A stretch of DNA of 64,000 nt. Origin: Eledone cirrhosa. Lineage: Eukaryota. A program made the translations under genes and the position numbers. Location: NCBI GenBank assembly GCA_964016885.1, contig OZ024757.1:3906001-3970000 (forward strand). Direction: 5' to 3'. Positions 15,001 to 27,793 of the stretch are shown here, piece by piece (position 1 is the stretch's first letter; every line of letters starts with the position of its first letter). The notes under the pieces were generated by a model that was not told the DNA's origin, did not search any database, and worked only from the letters and a program-made list of their open reading frames with translations.

Positions 15001-18000
15001 ACGTACTAACGATTCTACCATTCTATCCGACGTTTTAACTACTCTACCATTCTATCTGACGTTGTAACCACTCTACCATTCTATCTGACGGTGTATCCAC
15101 TCTACCATTCTATCTGACGTTCTAACCACCATACCATTCTATCTGACGGTCTAACCACCCTACCATTCTATCAGACGTTCTAACAACTCTACCATTCTAT
15201 CAGACGTTCTAACCTCTCTACCATTCTATCTGATGTTCTAACCACTACCATTCTATCCGACGTTCTAACCACTCTACCATTCTATCGGACGTTCTAACCA
15301 CTCTAATATTCTATCCGACGTTCTAACCACTCTACCATTCTATCTGACGTTCTAACCACTCTACCATTCTATCTGACGTTCTAAGCACTCTATCATTCTT
15401 TCTTACGTTCTAACCACTCTACCATTCTATCAGACGTTCTGACCACTCTACCATTATATCTGACGTTCTAACCACTACCATTCTATCCGACGTTCTAACC
15501 ACTCTACCATTTTATCCAACGTTTTAACCACTCTACCATTCTATCTGCCGTTCTAACCACACTACCATTCTATCTGACGTTCTAAGCTCTACCATTCTAT
15601 CTGACGTTCTAACCACTCTACCATTCTTTCCGACGTTCAAACCACTCTACCATTCTAACCACTATACCATTCTATCTACCATTCTAACCAGTCTACTATT
15701 CTATCCGACATTCTAACCACTCTACCATTCTTTCCGACGTTCAAACCACTCTACCATTCTAACCACTATACCATTCTATCTACCATTCTAACCACTCTAC
15801 TATTCTATCCGACGTTCTAACCACTCTACCATTCTATCTGTTTTTTTTAACCACTCTATCTGACGTACTAACGACTCTATCATTCTATCCGACGTTTTAA
15901 CCACTCTACCATTCTATCTGACGTTCTAACGACTCTACCATTCTATCTTGACGTTCTAACCACTCTACCATTCTATCTGCCGTTCTAACCACTCTACCAT
16001 TCTATCTGACGTTCTAACCACTCTACCATTCTATCTGACGTTCAAACCACTCTACCAGTCTATCCGACGTACTAACCACTCTACCATTCTATCTGACGTT
16101 CTAACCACACTACCATTCTAACCACTCTACCGTTCTATCTACCATTCTAACTACTCACCATTCTAACTACCATTCTAACCACTCTATCATTCTTACCGAC
16201 GTTCTGACCACTATACCATTCTATCTGACGTTCTAAACACTCTACCATTTTATCTGATGTTCTAACCGATCTACCATTCTATCTGACGTTCTAACCACTC
16301 TACCATTCTATCTGACGTTCTGACCACTCTACCATTCTATCTCACGTCCTAACCACTCTACCAATCTATCTGACGTTCTAACGACTCTGCAATTCTATCA
16401 GACGTTCTAACCACTCTACCATTCTATCTGACGTTATTCCCACTCTACCATTCTATCAGACGTTCCATCCACTCTACCAATCTATCTGAGGTTCTAACGC
16501 CTCTACCATTCTATCTGACGTTCTAACCACTCTACAAATCTATCTGACGTTCGAACGACTCTACCATTCTATCTGTTTTTTTATCCACTCTATCTGACGT
16601 TCAAACCACTCTACCATTCTAACCACTCTACCATTCTATCTACCATTCTAACCACTCTACTATTCTATCCGACATTCTAACCACTCTGCCATTCTATCCG
16701 ACGTTCTCTACGACTCTGCCAATATATCCGACGTTCTAACCACTCTACCATTCTATCTGTTTTTTTTAACCATTCTATCTGACGTCCAACCCACTCTACC
16801 ATTCTATCCGACGTTCTAACGACTCTACCATTCTATCTGACGTTCTAACCACTCTACCATTCTATCTGACATCCTAACCACTTTACCATTCTATCTACCA
16901 TTCTAACCACTCTACCATTCTATCTGACGTTCAAACCACTCTACCATTATATTTGACGTTCTAACCACTCTACCATTCTAACCACTCTACCATTCTATCC
17001 GACGTTCTAACCACTCTACCACTCTATCTGACGTTCTAACAACTCTACCATTCTATTTGACGTTCTAACCACTCTACCATTCTATCTGACGTTCTAACCA
17101 CTCTACCATTCTATCTGACGTTCTAACCACTCTACCATTCTATCTGACGTTCTAACCACTCTACCATTCTAACCACTCTACCATTCTATCTGACGTTCTA
17201 ACCCCCCTACCATTCTAACTAACATTCTAACCACACTACCATTCCATCTGACATTCTAACCACACTACCATTCTATCTGACGTTCTAACAACTCTACCGT
17301 TCTAACTGACATTCTAACCACACTACCATTCCATCTGACATTCTAACCACTCTACCTTTCTATCTACCATTCTAACCACTCTACCATTCTATCTGACGTT
17401 CTAACCACTCTACCATTCTATCTGACGTTCAAACCACTCTATCATTCTATTTGACGTTCTAACCACTCTACCATTCTAACCACTCTACCATTCTATCCGA
17501 CGTTCTAACCACTCTACCATTCTATCTGACGTTCTAACCACTCTACCATTCTAACCACTCTACCATTCTATCTAAGATTCTAACCACTCTACCATTCTAT
17601 CTGACGTTCTAACCACTCTACCATTCTATCTACCATTCTAACCACTCTATCATTCTATCCGACGTTCTAACGCCTCTACCATTCTATCTGACGTTCTAAC
17701 AACTCTACCATTCTAACCACTCTACCATTCTATCTGTTTTTTTTAACCACTCTATCTGACGTACTAACGACTCTACCATTCTATCCGACGTTTTAACTAC
17801 TCTACCATTCTATCTGACGTTGTAACCACTCTACCATTCTATCTGACGTTGTATCCACTCTACCATTCTATCTGACGTTCTAACCACCTTACCATTCTAT
17901 CTGACGGTCTAACCACTCTACCATTCTATCAGACGTTCTAACAACTCTACCATTCTATCAGACGTTCTAACCACTCTAATATTCTATCCGACGTTCTAAC

Positions 18001-19900
18001 CACTCTACCATTCTATCTGACGTTCTAACCACTCTACCATTCTATCTGACGTTCTAACCGCTCTACCATTCTATCTGACGTTCTAACCACTCTATCATTC
18101 TTTCTTACGTTCTAACCACTCTACCATTCTATCAGACGTTCTGACCACTCTACCATTATATCTGACGTTCTAACCACTACCATTCTATCCGACGTTCTAA
18201 CCACTCTACCATTCTATCCAACGTTTTAACCACCCTACCATTCTATCTGCCGTTCTAACCACACTACCATTCTATCTGACGTTCTAAGCTCTACCATTCT
18301 ATCTGACGTTCTAACCACTCTACCATTCTTTCCCACGTTCAAACCACTCTACCATTCTAACCACTATACCATTCTATCTACCATTCTAACCACTCTACAA
18401 TTCTATCCGACATTCTAACCACTCTACCATTCTATCCGACGTTCTCTACGACTCAGCCAATCTATCCGACGTTCTAACCACTCTACCATTCTATCTGTTT
18501 TTTTAACCACTCTATCTGACGTACTAACGACTCTACCATTCTATCCGACGTTTTAACCACTCTACCATTCTATCTGACGTTCTAACCACTCTACCATTCT
18601 ATCTGACGTTCTAACCACTCTACCATTCTATCTGCCGTTCTAACCACTCTACCATTCTATCTGACGTTCTAACCACTCTACCATTCTATCTGACGTTCTA
18701 ACCACTCTACCATTCTAGCCGACGTACTAACCACTCTACCATTCTATCTGACGTTCTAACCACACTACCATTCTAACCACTCTACCGTTCTATCTACCAT
18801 TCTAACCACTCTACCATTCTAACTACCATTCTAACCACTCTATCATTCTTACCGACGTTCTGACCACTATACCATTCTATCTGACGTTCTAAACACTCTA
18901 CCATTCTATCTGATGTTCTAACCGAACTACCATTCTATCTGACGTTCTAACCACCTTACCATTCTATCTGACGGTCTAACCACTCTACCATTCTATCAGA
19001 CGTTCTAACAACTCTACCATTCTATCCGACGTTCTAACTACTCTACCATTCGATCCAACGTTCTAACCACTCTAATATTCTATCCCACGTTCTAACCACT
19101 CTACCATTCTATCTGACGTTCTAACCGCTCTACCATTCTATCTGACGTTCTAACCGCTCTACCATTCTATCTGACGTTCTAACCACTCTATCATTCTTTC
19201 TTACGTTCTAACCACTCTACCATTCTATCAGACGTTCTGACCACTCTACCATTATATCTGACGTTCTAACCACTACCATTCTATCCGACGTTCTAACCAC
19301 TCTACCATTCGATCCAACGTTTTAACCACTCTACCATTCTATCTGCCGTTCTAACCACTCTACCATTCTATCTGACGTTCTAACCGCTCTACCATTCTAT
19401 CTGACGTTCTAACCACTCTACCATTCTTTCCGACGTTCTAACCACTCTACCATTCTATCTGACTTCCTAACCACTCTACCATTCTATCTGAATTTGTAAC
19501 CACTCCACCATTCTAACCACTCTACAATGCTATCTACCATGCTAACCACTCTCCCATTCCATCTACTTTTCTAACCACTCTACCATTCTATCTGACGTTC
19601 TAACCACTCTACCATTCTATCTGGCATTCTAACCACTCTACCATTCTATCAGACGTTCTGACCACTCTACCATTCTATCAGACGTTCTGACCACTCTACC
19701 ATTATTGCCGACGTTCTAACCACTCTACCATTCGATCCAACGTTTTAACCACTCTACCATTCTATCTGCCGTTCTAACCACTCTACCATTATATCTGACG
19801 TTCTAACCACTCTACCATTCTATCTGACGTTCTAACCACTCTACCATTCTATCTGACGTTCTAACCACTCTACCATTCTATCTGCCGTTCTAACCACTCT
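1..19900. repeat. 29-bp satellite array, consensus CTACCATTCTATCTGACGTTCTAACCACT, with 12-bp and 17-bp sub-unit variants; runs off the left edge
   Basis: Continuous tandem repeat read directly; shorter units CTACCATTCTAT and CTACCATTCTAACCACT are interspersed; no ORFs in the track. Confidence 0.97.
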
Positions 19901-20049
19901 GACCGTTTGCCATCTGTTTTTTTTTTCTTTTTGTCTTTTTCGAGCTATACAAAGATTAAATATTCATAATTTGAAATGCTTTTGTTGACAGATGTGTTTG
20001 ATTAGATCTGACAACAGTGTTGTATAAAAGATGGCTGATATATAGAGAA

Positions 20050-20210
20050 GAGCGGAGAATTGGCACAGTCGTTAGAACGACGGAGAGTGTGTGTTGTTGT
20101 ATTCGTTCCATCTCTCTGCTAACTGAATTCACATCCCACCGTGGTTAACTTTGTCTTTTATCCTTTGGAGGTCGATAAAAAAGTACCAGTCAAGTACTGG
20201 GGTCAATTCT
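20050..20210 (+). mobile_element. Degenerate tRNA-derived SINE (octopus-type)
   Basis: A-box-like TGGCACAGTCG (20061) and a decayed B-box-like GAATTCACATCC, then the core GGTTAACTTTGTCTTTTATCCTTTGGAGGTCGATAAAAAAGTACCAG, which recurs inverted at 43278-43329. Resembles octopus tRNA-SINEs from recall. Confidence 0.75.
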
Positions 20211-20219
20211 TCCTCTATA

Positions 20220-20746
<527 letters not shown>

Positions 20747-21055
20747 AATGCAAGTATAGAAAGGTAGCTACATTAGAATTTGAACGAACAGAATAACAAG
20801 AATTCCAGCTGAAAAGGTGGAAGAAGTTTCAGGAAATAGGAACAGCTCAACGATCTACTGACCAAAAACTTATTTCCACGGTAAAATGTGAATTACATAA
20901 ATATGTCGCTGACCACAACTAACTATACTCGGGTCCCAAATAATCGGAGTGGGAGGAATAAACGGTGGTGTTGGAAAATCGTTATTTCTAGGTTGTTGAT
21001 TTAAAAAGAAAAGTAACAGAATTAGTCGTTTAGTTTACATATTGTGACTCTATCC

Positions 21056-21512
21056 CAGGAACGTACAACTGGCGGCCCGCGGGTCACAATTCGCCCCGCC
21101 AGACCAATCAGAGTGTCCTGCGATGACTGTTTTTTTAATTTTTACCTTGTAGGCTTATTTAGAATTTTGTAACCGTAATACTTCTGTTAGTTGACCTATA
21201 CTAAAGGGCTCCACTAATAGGATTATGTGTGTTATACTTTCCCAGTTGAACTATACTAAAGGGCTTCACTAATAGGGTTATGTGTGTTATACTTTCCCAG
21301 TTGACCTATACTAAAGGGCTCCACTAATAGGATTATGTGTGTTATACTTTCCCAGTTGACCTATACTAAAGGGCTCCACTAATAGGGTTATGTGTGTTAT
21401 ACTTTCCCAGTTGACCTATACTTAAGGGCTCCACTAATAGGGTTACGTGTGTTATACTTTCCCAGTTCTATGTTATGGAAAGAAGTTGTGGCGAATCTGT
21501 TGCATACCCCAG
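21056..21512. mobile_element. Degenerate hAT (Charlie-like) MITE nested in the outer element
   Basis: Left end CAGGAACGTACAAC..GCGGCCCGCGGG, right end GTTGCATACCCCAG; flanks CTCTATCC / CTCTAATC resemble an 8-bp hAT TSD (6/8 match). Confidence 0.5.
21189..21467. repeat. 55-bp minisatellite, 5 copies
   Basis: Unit GTTGACCTATACTAAAGGGCTCCACTAATAGG(A/G)TTATGTGTGTTATACTTTCCCA starts at 21190, 21245, 21300, 21355 and 21410. Confidence 0.95.
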
Positions 21513-21974
21513 CTCTAATCTATCCTATATATTTCATAACATATAAGATTTCTATTGATTTACTTTTTTTGTCATGTATAATGTTTTTTAATGTCTAAAG
21601 AAAATTAATTGTCACAGGAATGCTACTACTTACAATAACATTTCGCAGGAGATAGATTAGCAAAATTTAATAAGCGAGGGTGGGTGATGAGATTGGAGGG
21701 TCTGAAATATTTATAACTGGGAGGGGGGTAGGAGTGGGGGGCGGAAAATTATTCGAGAGCCGAGAGTAACTATATTTTCTATATTTTCCCCGTTTCTTCC
21801 TCTTCCTCTCATTTCTAATTCTTTTATTTATCATTCTATCTACAGATGAAGGACCAGCGTCCGATACGTCAAAACCGTTCCTACTTTATCAAGTCTTAAA
21901 CTAAATCGATCTTCATATTGTTTTCTTTGTTGATTGCGTTTATAAATATTATACACATATATATACACACACAA

Positions 21975-22020
<46 letters not shown>

Positions 22021-22213
22021 CCAAAGATTAGTATGGTTCGTTGAATACTCAATGAATACGATTTTACAATAGATTAGAAGCACTCAACAGTGAAGTTTTC
22101 CTGGCGTTTTTGATATTATTCAAAATATTAACATATGAAAAATATTCTCATAATCAAAATATATATTTTGATTATGAGAATATATATATATATTTGTTAA
22201 TATTTTGAATAAG

Positions 22214-22252
<39 letters not shown>

Positions 22253-22307
22253 AATATATATATATATATACACATACACACACAAATATATATATATATA
22301 TACACAC

Positions 22308-22370
<63 letters not shown>

Positions 22371-23145
22371 TATAAGTATGTATACGTACATACATATATG
22401 TATACAGACGTACAGTAGTATGTATATATATATACATACATGCACACATATATATATGTACGTATGGATTCACCGAACATTTATTATAATGCTCGGTGTG
22501 TTTGTAAACAAACATCCCGTATTAAGCCGTACAGTGTTTAGCAACCATCGTTGCTCTTTGTTCAACACTGACAAAGGAACGCTGTACTAGTTTCAAGCTT
22601 ATTAGCTATCGTCACCAACGTATACCTTCCTTCCAGATGATTGAACCTCTGAAAGTATATTCTTTTCTTATGCATATTAACGGCTGAGCAGCCTAAATTG
22701 CATATCTAATGTGTTAATCGGGTGGGTGCACCGAAAACGATAAACGGAAAAAATGAAACGAAATTTCATTTTCCACTCTTAGTACGGCTGTTACATAAAT
22801 ATAAGTATGTATACAGACGTACAGTAGTATGTATATATATATACATACATGCACACATATATATATGTACAGCGTTCCTTTGTCAGAGTTGGACAAACGG
22901 GCAACGATGGTTGCTAGACACTACGGCTCAATACGGGATATTTGTTTACAAACACACCGAGCATTATAATAAATGTTCGGTGAATCCATACGTACATATA
23001 TATAAGTGTGCATGTATATATATATATATATATACATACTACTGTACGTCTGTATACATATATGTATGTACGTATACATACTTATAGTTAAGTAACAGCC
23101 GTACTAAGTGTGGGAAATGAAATTTCGTTTCATTTTTTCCGTTTA
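22371..23145. mobile_element. Older hammerhead-bearing element (relative of the 463-bp unit) in nested inverted pieces
   Basis: 22371-22587 is inverted relative to 22867-23086; 22741-22794 is inverted relative to 23092-23145; a third partial copy lies at ~23420-23580. Colinear similarity to the 3' part of the 463-bp unit. Confidence 0.7.
22576..22626 (-). ncRNA. Degenerate type I hammerhead ribozyme (C3->G core change)
   Basis: Minus strand reads GGTAT-ACGTTG-GTGACGA-T-AGCT-AATA-AGCT-T-GAAA-CTAG-TA^CAGCGT-TCC, the same layout as the array hammerheads. Confidence 0.7.
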
Positions 23146-23347
23146 TATTAAAGTCATATGTATATATTTATTAAAATAATATATTTTTAATAAATATTTG
23201 CTCTACGGTTCTTATATATTTGATATATATTTATCCTTATCGAGCCTTCTTTTGATTTTAGTCTTCAAATTTATTATTACTAAGATTATTCAGAAGATCC
23301 CGTTAAGGGTGAAAGCAGCGATTCTTACCTTAAACTTTAATCTGTTA

Positions 23348-23416
<69 letters not shown>

Positions 23417-23597
23417 ATATACGGCTTAATTCGGGATGTTTGTTTACAAACACACCGAGTTTTATATTAAATGTTCGGTGAATCCATACGTACATATATG
23501 TATGTGTGCATGTATGTATATATATATACATACTACTGTACGTCTGTATACATATATGTTTGTATGTGTACATACTTATACATATATATATATATAG

Positions 23598-23832
23598 TTA
23601 TGCAATAAACAACATAAGGCAATTATTTCATTTACCAGTGGTTTCTTAAAAGCAAAAAAATGTTGCTTTCAATCATCAGAATGAAAAAATCCTGGCGTAT
23701 TTATTGACATTGGATTTTAAAAACAAAAATGCAATCTATATGAAAGTGAGGCTGGAAAAGGAAGAAGTGAAGGAAAAATAAAATAAAAACACACATGCAA
23801 ACACACACACACACACACACAATTATATACAT

Positions 23833-23888
<56 letters not shown>

Positions 23889-24027
23889 GTACACACATAC
23901 ATACGCACACACATACACACACACACACATATATATGTGTGTATATATACATACACATACATATACACATACATACATACACACATAAATATCAACATAT
24001 CCATACATACACATACATATATACAAC

Positions 24028-24077
<50 letters not shown>

Positions 24078-24125
24078 TACACATACACATACATAGCCAT
24101 ACACACATACATATACATACATACA
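23598..24125 (+). repeat. Left arm of ~530-bp long-range inverted repeat (partner 30570-31125)
   Basis: TTATGCAATAAACAACATAAGGCAATTATTTC... is the reverse complement of ...GAAATAATTGCCTTATGTTGTTTATTACATAA, including the internal microsatellite pattern. Confidence 0.85.
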
Positions 24126-24282
24126 TGTATTCTCTTTCTCCCTTATCTCCCATTATATTTAAACCTTTTTCCTATGTCATTCCCCTCCCCCTCTTTTTCC
24201 CCTCTATTTTTTTGCCTTACCCTTCACATAAACATTTTTTTATTTTTAGATATTAATTTTTTTTGTGTTGCGTATATGTATG

Positions 24283-24329
<47 letters not shown>

Positions 24330-24405
24330 CGAAGGAAATGTGGTAAGGAACCAGGTGGACCATAACGCACCAAAGTACTCAATACTTGAGGTAGTAGAGT
24401 GGGTA

Positions 24406-24530
24406 ATAGGAACCAGTAAGACCCCGACAGCTGAGCTCAAGCCGTTTCGACGGCTAATTCTGGACTCTATTAGCCGTCCAGAATTAGCCGTCGAAACGGC
24501 TTGAGCTCAGCTGTCGGGGTCTTACTGGTT

Positions 24531-24535
<5 letters not shown>
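24406..24535. repeat. Perfect 60-bp inverted repeat with a 10-nt loop
   Basis: Arms 24406-24465 and 24476-24535 are exact reverse complements; the arm sequence recurs at 37778-37825. Confidence 0.95.
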
Positions 24536-24583
<48 letters not shown>

Positions 24584-25548
24584 TTATATATGTATATATA
24601 TGTGTATATGTATATGTGTGTGTATATGGATATGTGTATGTATATATGTGTGTGTATGTATGTTTATATCTATCTGTATGTAATTGTATATGTATATATA
24701 ATCGTATATATTATATATTTCTCTTGTATTTGTGCGCGTGTGTGTATATATTTATATGTATGTGTGTATGTGTGTATATATGTGTGTATATATATATATA
24801 TATTTTATATATATATGTATATATGTGTATGTATGTATGTGTGTATATATAACTTTAATGTGTGTGTATGGGCGTGTGTATATTTGTGCGTGTATATGTA
24901 TTTTTTTATATAATGGTTTTGTGTGTTTATATATAATAGCTTCAGAAAAGGCTTGAGCTCTGCCCTAGGGTCAGACTTTTTCCTATGTGTGTGTGTGTAT
25001 ATATATATATATATGTATATATACGTAATTGTATGTGTGTGTGTATTTCTGTGGTTGTGTTTTTGTGTGTGTGTGTGTATGTATATATATATCTGTATGT
25101 GTGTGTGTATATGTATATATGTGTAAGGGTGTATGTATATGCATCATTACATATAGTGATTTAATGATTATTTTCAGGAACTTGTTGAGTGCTCTAAATC
25201 TGCTATGGGCATTTATACCCTTTTCTAAATATATATTTTTTTATTTATTATTTGTCGTATTCCCAACTTTTTATTTTCATTTTTATTTTTATTTTTATTT
25301 TTATTTTTATTTTTATATATACAATTTTTTTTTTATATGTACAATATTTATTTTATAATATTTATGTTCTTTCTCATATATATATATTGAGTTATATATA
25401 TGTATATGTGTGTGTGTGTGTGTGTGTGAATGTACGTATGCATACGTATGTGTATGTATATATGTGTGTGTAGGTATATATGTGTATGTGAGTATTATGT
25501 ATGTGTATGTATGTGTATTTGTATGTATATATATATATATATATATAT

Positions 25549-25788
25549 ACAATTAAGTCAAAGATGTACATCCATATATGTATACTGAAATACTAGTATG
25601 TATATGAATACACACACGTATACATATGTAGATGTACCAAGTTTTTTTCACTGATCACTTTACTGTGAGTGGCCAGCTATTCTGTATGTAAACACACAGA
25701 CAAACCGGTTTTTAGAGTCATACTGGTTTTTGAGGAAACACCTTTCCTCTATTCTCCAGAAAGCCAGACAAGGAATATTGAACTAGTT
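25549..25788 (-). mobile_element. Inverted partial copy of the 463-bp unit, lacking the ribozyme core
   Basis: Reverse complement of the unit segment AACTAGTTCAATATT...GACTTAATTGT; abuts (TA)n on the left and the array on the right. Confidence 0.92.
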
Positions 25789-25844
25789 AGTCTGCCCACT
25801 ACTAATTTTCATAGAAAAAGCATATAGCGATATGTGCTTTTACG

Positions 25845-25940
25845 ATTCTCTAGAGAGGCCGGAAGATAGGTAAATATTGCTGATGAGTTGTAACAACAAC
25901 GAAACTAGTTCAATATTCCTTGTCTGGCTTTCTGGAGAAT
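25845..25940 (+). ncRNA. Minimal type I hammerhead ribozyme, copy 1
   Basis: AATATTG-CTGATGA-GTTG-TAACAA-CAAC-GAAA-CTAG-TT^CAATATT. Stem I is extended by AGG/CCT, AGAT/GTCT and the 13-bp ATTCTCTAGAGAG/CTTTCTGGAGAAT. Predicted cleavage after 25910. Confidence 0.88.
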
Positions 25941-26307
25941 AGAGGAAAGGTGTTTCCTCAAAAACCAGTATGACTCTAAAAACCGGTTTGTCTGTGTGTT
26001 TACATACAGAATAGCTGGCCACTCACAGTAAAGTGATCAGTGAAAAAAACTTGGTACATCTACATATGTATACGTGTGTGTATTCATATACATACTAGTA
26101 TTTCAGTATACATATATGGATGTACATCTTTGACTTAATTGTTTGAGCGTCAGTCATACAAAAGTGAGTTCGAAACGAAATTTAATTTCGTTTCGTTATT
26201 TGTTTTTATCGTCTCCGTTGAACCGGTACTTACTCACACTCTATGCAAGTTGGTCTGCCCACTACTAATTTTCATAGAAAAAGCATATAGCGATATGTGC
26301 TTTTACG

Positions 26308-26403
26308 ATTCTCTAGAGAGGCCGGAAGATAGGTAAATATTGCTGATGAGTTGTAACAACAACGAAACTAGTTCAATATTCCTTGTCTGGCTTTCTGGAG
26401 AAT
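26308..26403 (+). ncRNA. Hammerhead ribozyme, copy 2
   Basis: Identical to copy 1. Confidence 0.88.
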
Positions 26404-26771
26404 AGAGGAAAGGTGTTTCCTCAAAAACCAGTATGACTCTAAAAACCGGTTTGTCTGTGTGTTTACATACAGAATAGCTGGCCACTCACAGTAAAGTGAT
26501 CAGTGAAAAAAAACTTGGTACATCTACATATGTATACGTGTGTGTATTCATATACATACTAGTATTTCAGTATACATATATGGATGTACATCTTTGACTT
26601 AATTGTTTGAGCGTCAGTCATACAAAAGTGAGTTCGAAACGAAATTTAATTTCGTTTCGTTATTTGTTTTTATCGTCTCCGTTGAACCGGTACTTACTCA
26701 CACTCTATGCAAGTTGGTCTGCCCACTACTAATTTTCATAGAAAAAGCATATAGCGATATGTGCTTTTACG

Positions 26772-26867
26772 ATTCTCTAGAGAGGCCGGAAGATAGGTAA
26801 ATATTGCTGATGAGTTGTAACAACAACGAAACTAGTTCAATATTCCTTGTCTGGCTTTCTGGAGAAT
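26772..26867 (+). ncRNA. Hammerhead ribozyme, copy 3
   Basis: Identical to copy 1. Confidence 0.88.
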
Positions 26868-27234
26868 AGAGGAAAGGTGTTTCCTCAAAAACCAGTATGA
26901 CTCTAAAAACCGGTTTGTCTGTGTGTTTACATACAGAATAGCTGGCCACTCACAGTAAAGTGATCAGTGAAAAAAACTTGGTACATCTACATATGTATAC
27001 GTGTGTGTATTCATATACATACTAGTATTTCAGTATACATATATGGATGTACATCTTTGACTTAATTGTTTGAGCGTCAGTCATACAAAAGTGAGTTCGA
27101 AACGAAATTTAATTTCGTTTCGTTATTTGTTTTTATCGTCTCCGTTGAACCGGTACTTACTCACACTCTATGCAAGTTGGTCTGCCCACTACTAATTTTC
27201 ATAGAAAAAGCATATAGCGATATATGCTTTTACG

Positions 27235-27330
27235 ATTCTCTAGAGAGGCCGGAAGATAGGTAAATATTGCTGATGAGTTGTAACAACAACGAAACTAGTT
27301 CAATATTCCTTGTCTGGCTTTCTGGAGAAT
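27235..27330 (+). ncRNA. Hammerhead ribozyme, copy 4
   Basis: Identical to copy 1. Confidence 0.88.
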
Positions 27331-27697
27331 AGAGGAAAGGTGTTTCCTCAAAAACCAGTATGACTCTAAAAACCGGTTTGTCTGTGTGTTTACATACAGA
27401 ATAGCTGGCCACTCACAGTAAAGTGATCAGTGAAAAAAACTTGGTACATCTACATATGTATACGTGTGTGTATTCATATACATACTAGTATTTCAGTATA
27501 CATATATGGATGTACATCTTTGACTTAATTGTTTGAGCGTCAGTCATACAAAAGTGAGTTCGAAACGAAATTTAATTTCGTTTCGTTATTTGTTTTTATC
27601 GTCTCCGTTGAACCGGTACTTACTCACACTCTATGCAAGTTGGTCTGCCCACTACTAATTTTCATAGAAAAAGCATACAGCGATATGTGCTTTTACG

Positions 27698-27793
27698 ATT
27701 CTCTAGAGAGGCCGGAAGATAGGTAAATATTGCTGATGAGTTGTAACAACAACGAAACTAGTTCAATATTCCTTGTCTGGCTTTCTGGAGAAT
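27698..27793 (+). ncRNA. Hammerhead ribozyme, copy 5
   Basis: Identical to copy 1. Confidence 0.88.

Larger units (their letters stand above)
20926..21768. mobile_element. Putative non-autonomous DNA transposon (outer element)
   Basis: Imperfect TIRs TACTCGGGTCCCAAATAAT ... ATTATTCGAGAGCCGAGAGTA; direct repeat TAACTATA at 20920-20927 and 21767-21774. Confidence 0.5.

Noticed and set aside
1-19900. Telomeric repeat, or functional CRE sites (TGACGT) in the satellite
   Set aside because: CTAACC occurs only within a 29-bp unit, not as (TTAGGG)n; the CRE half-sites are too short to support any claim.
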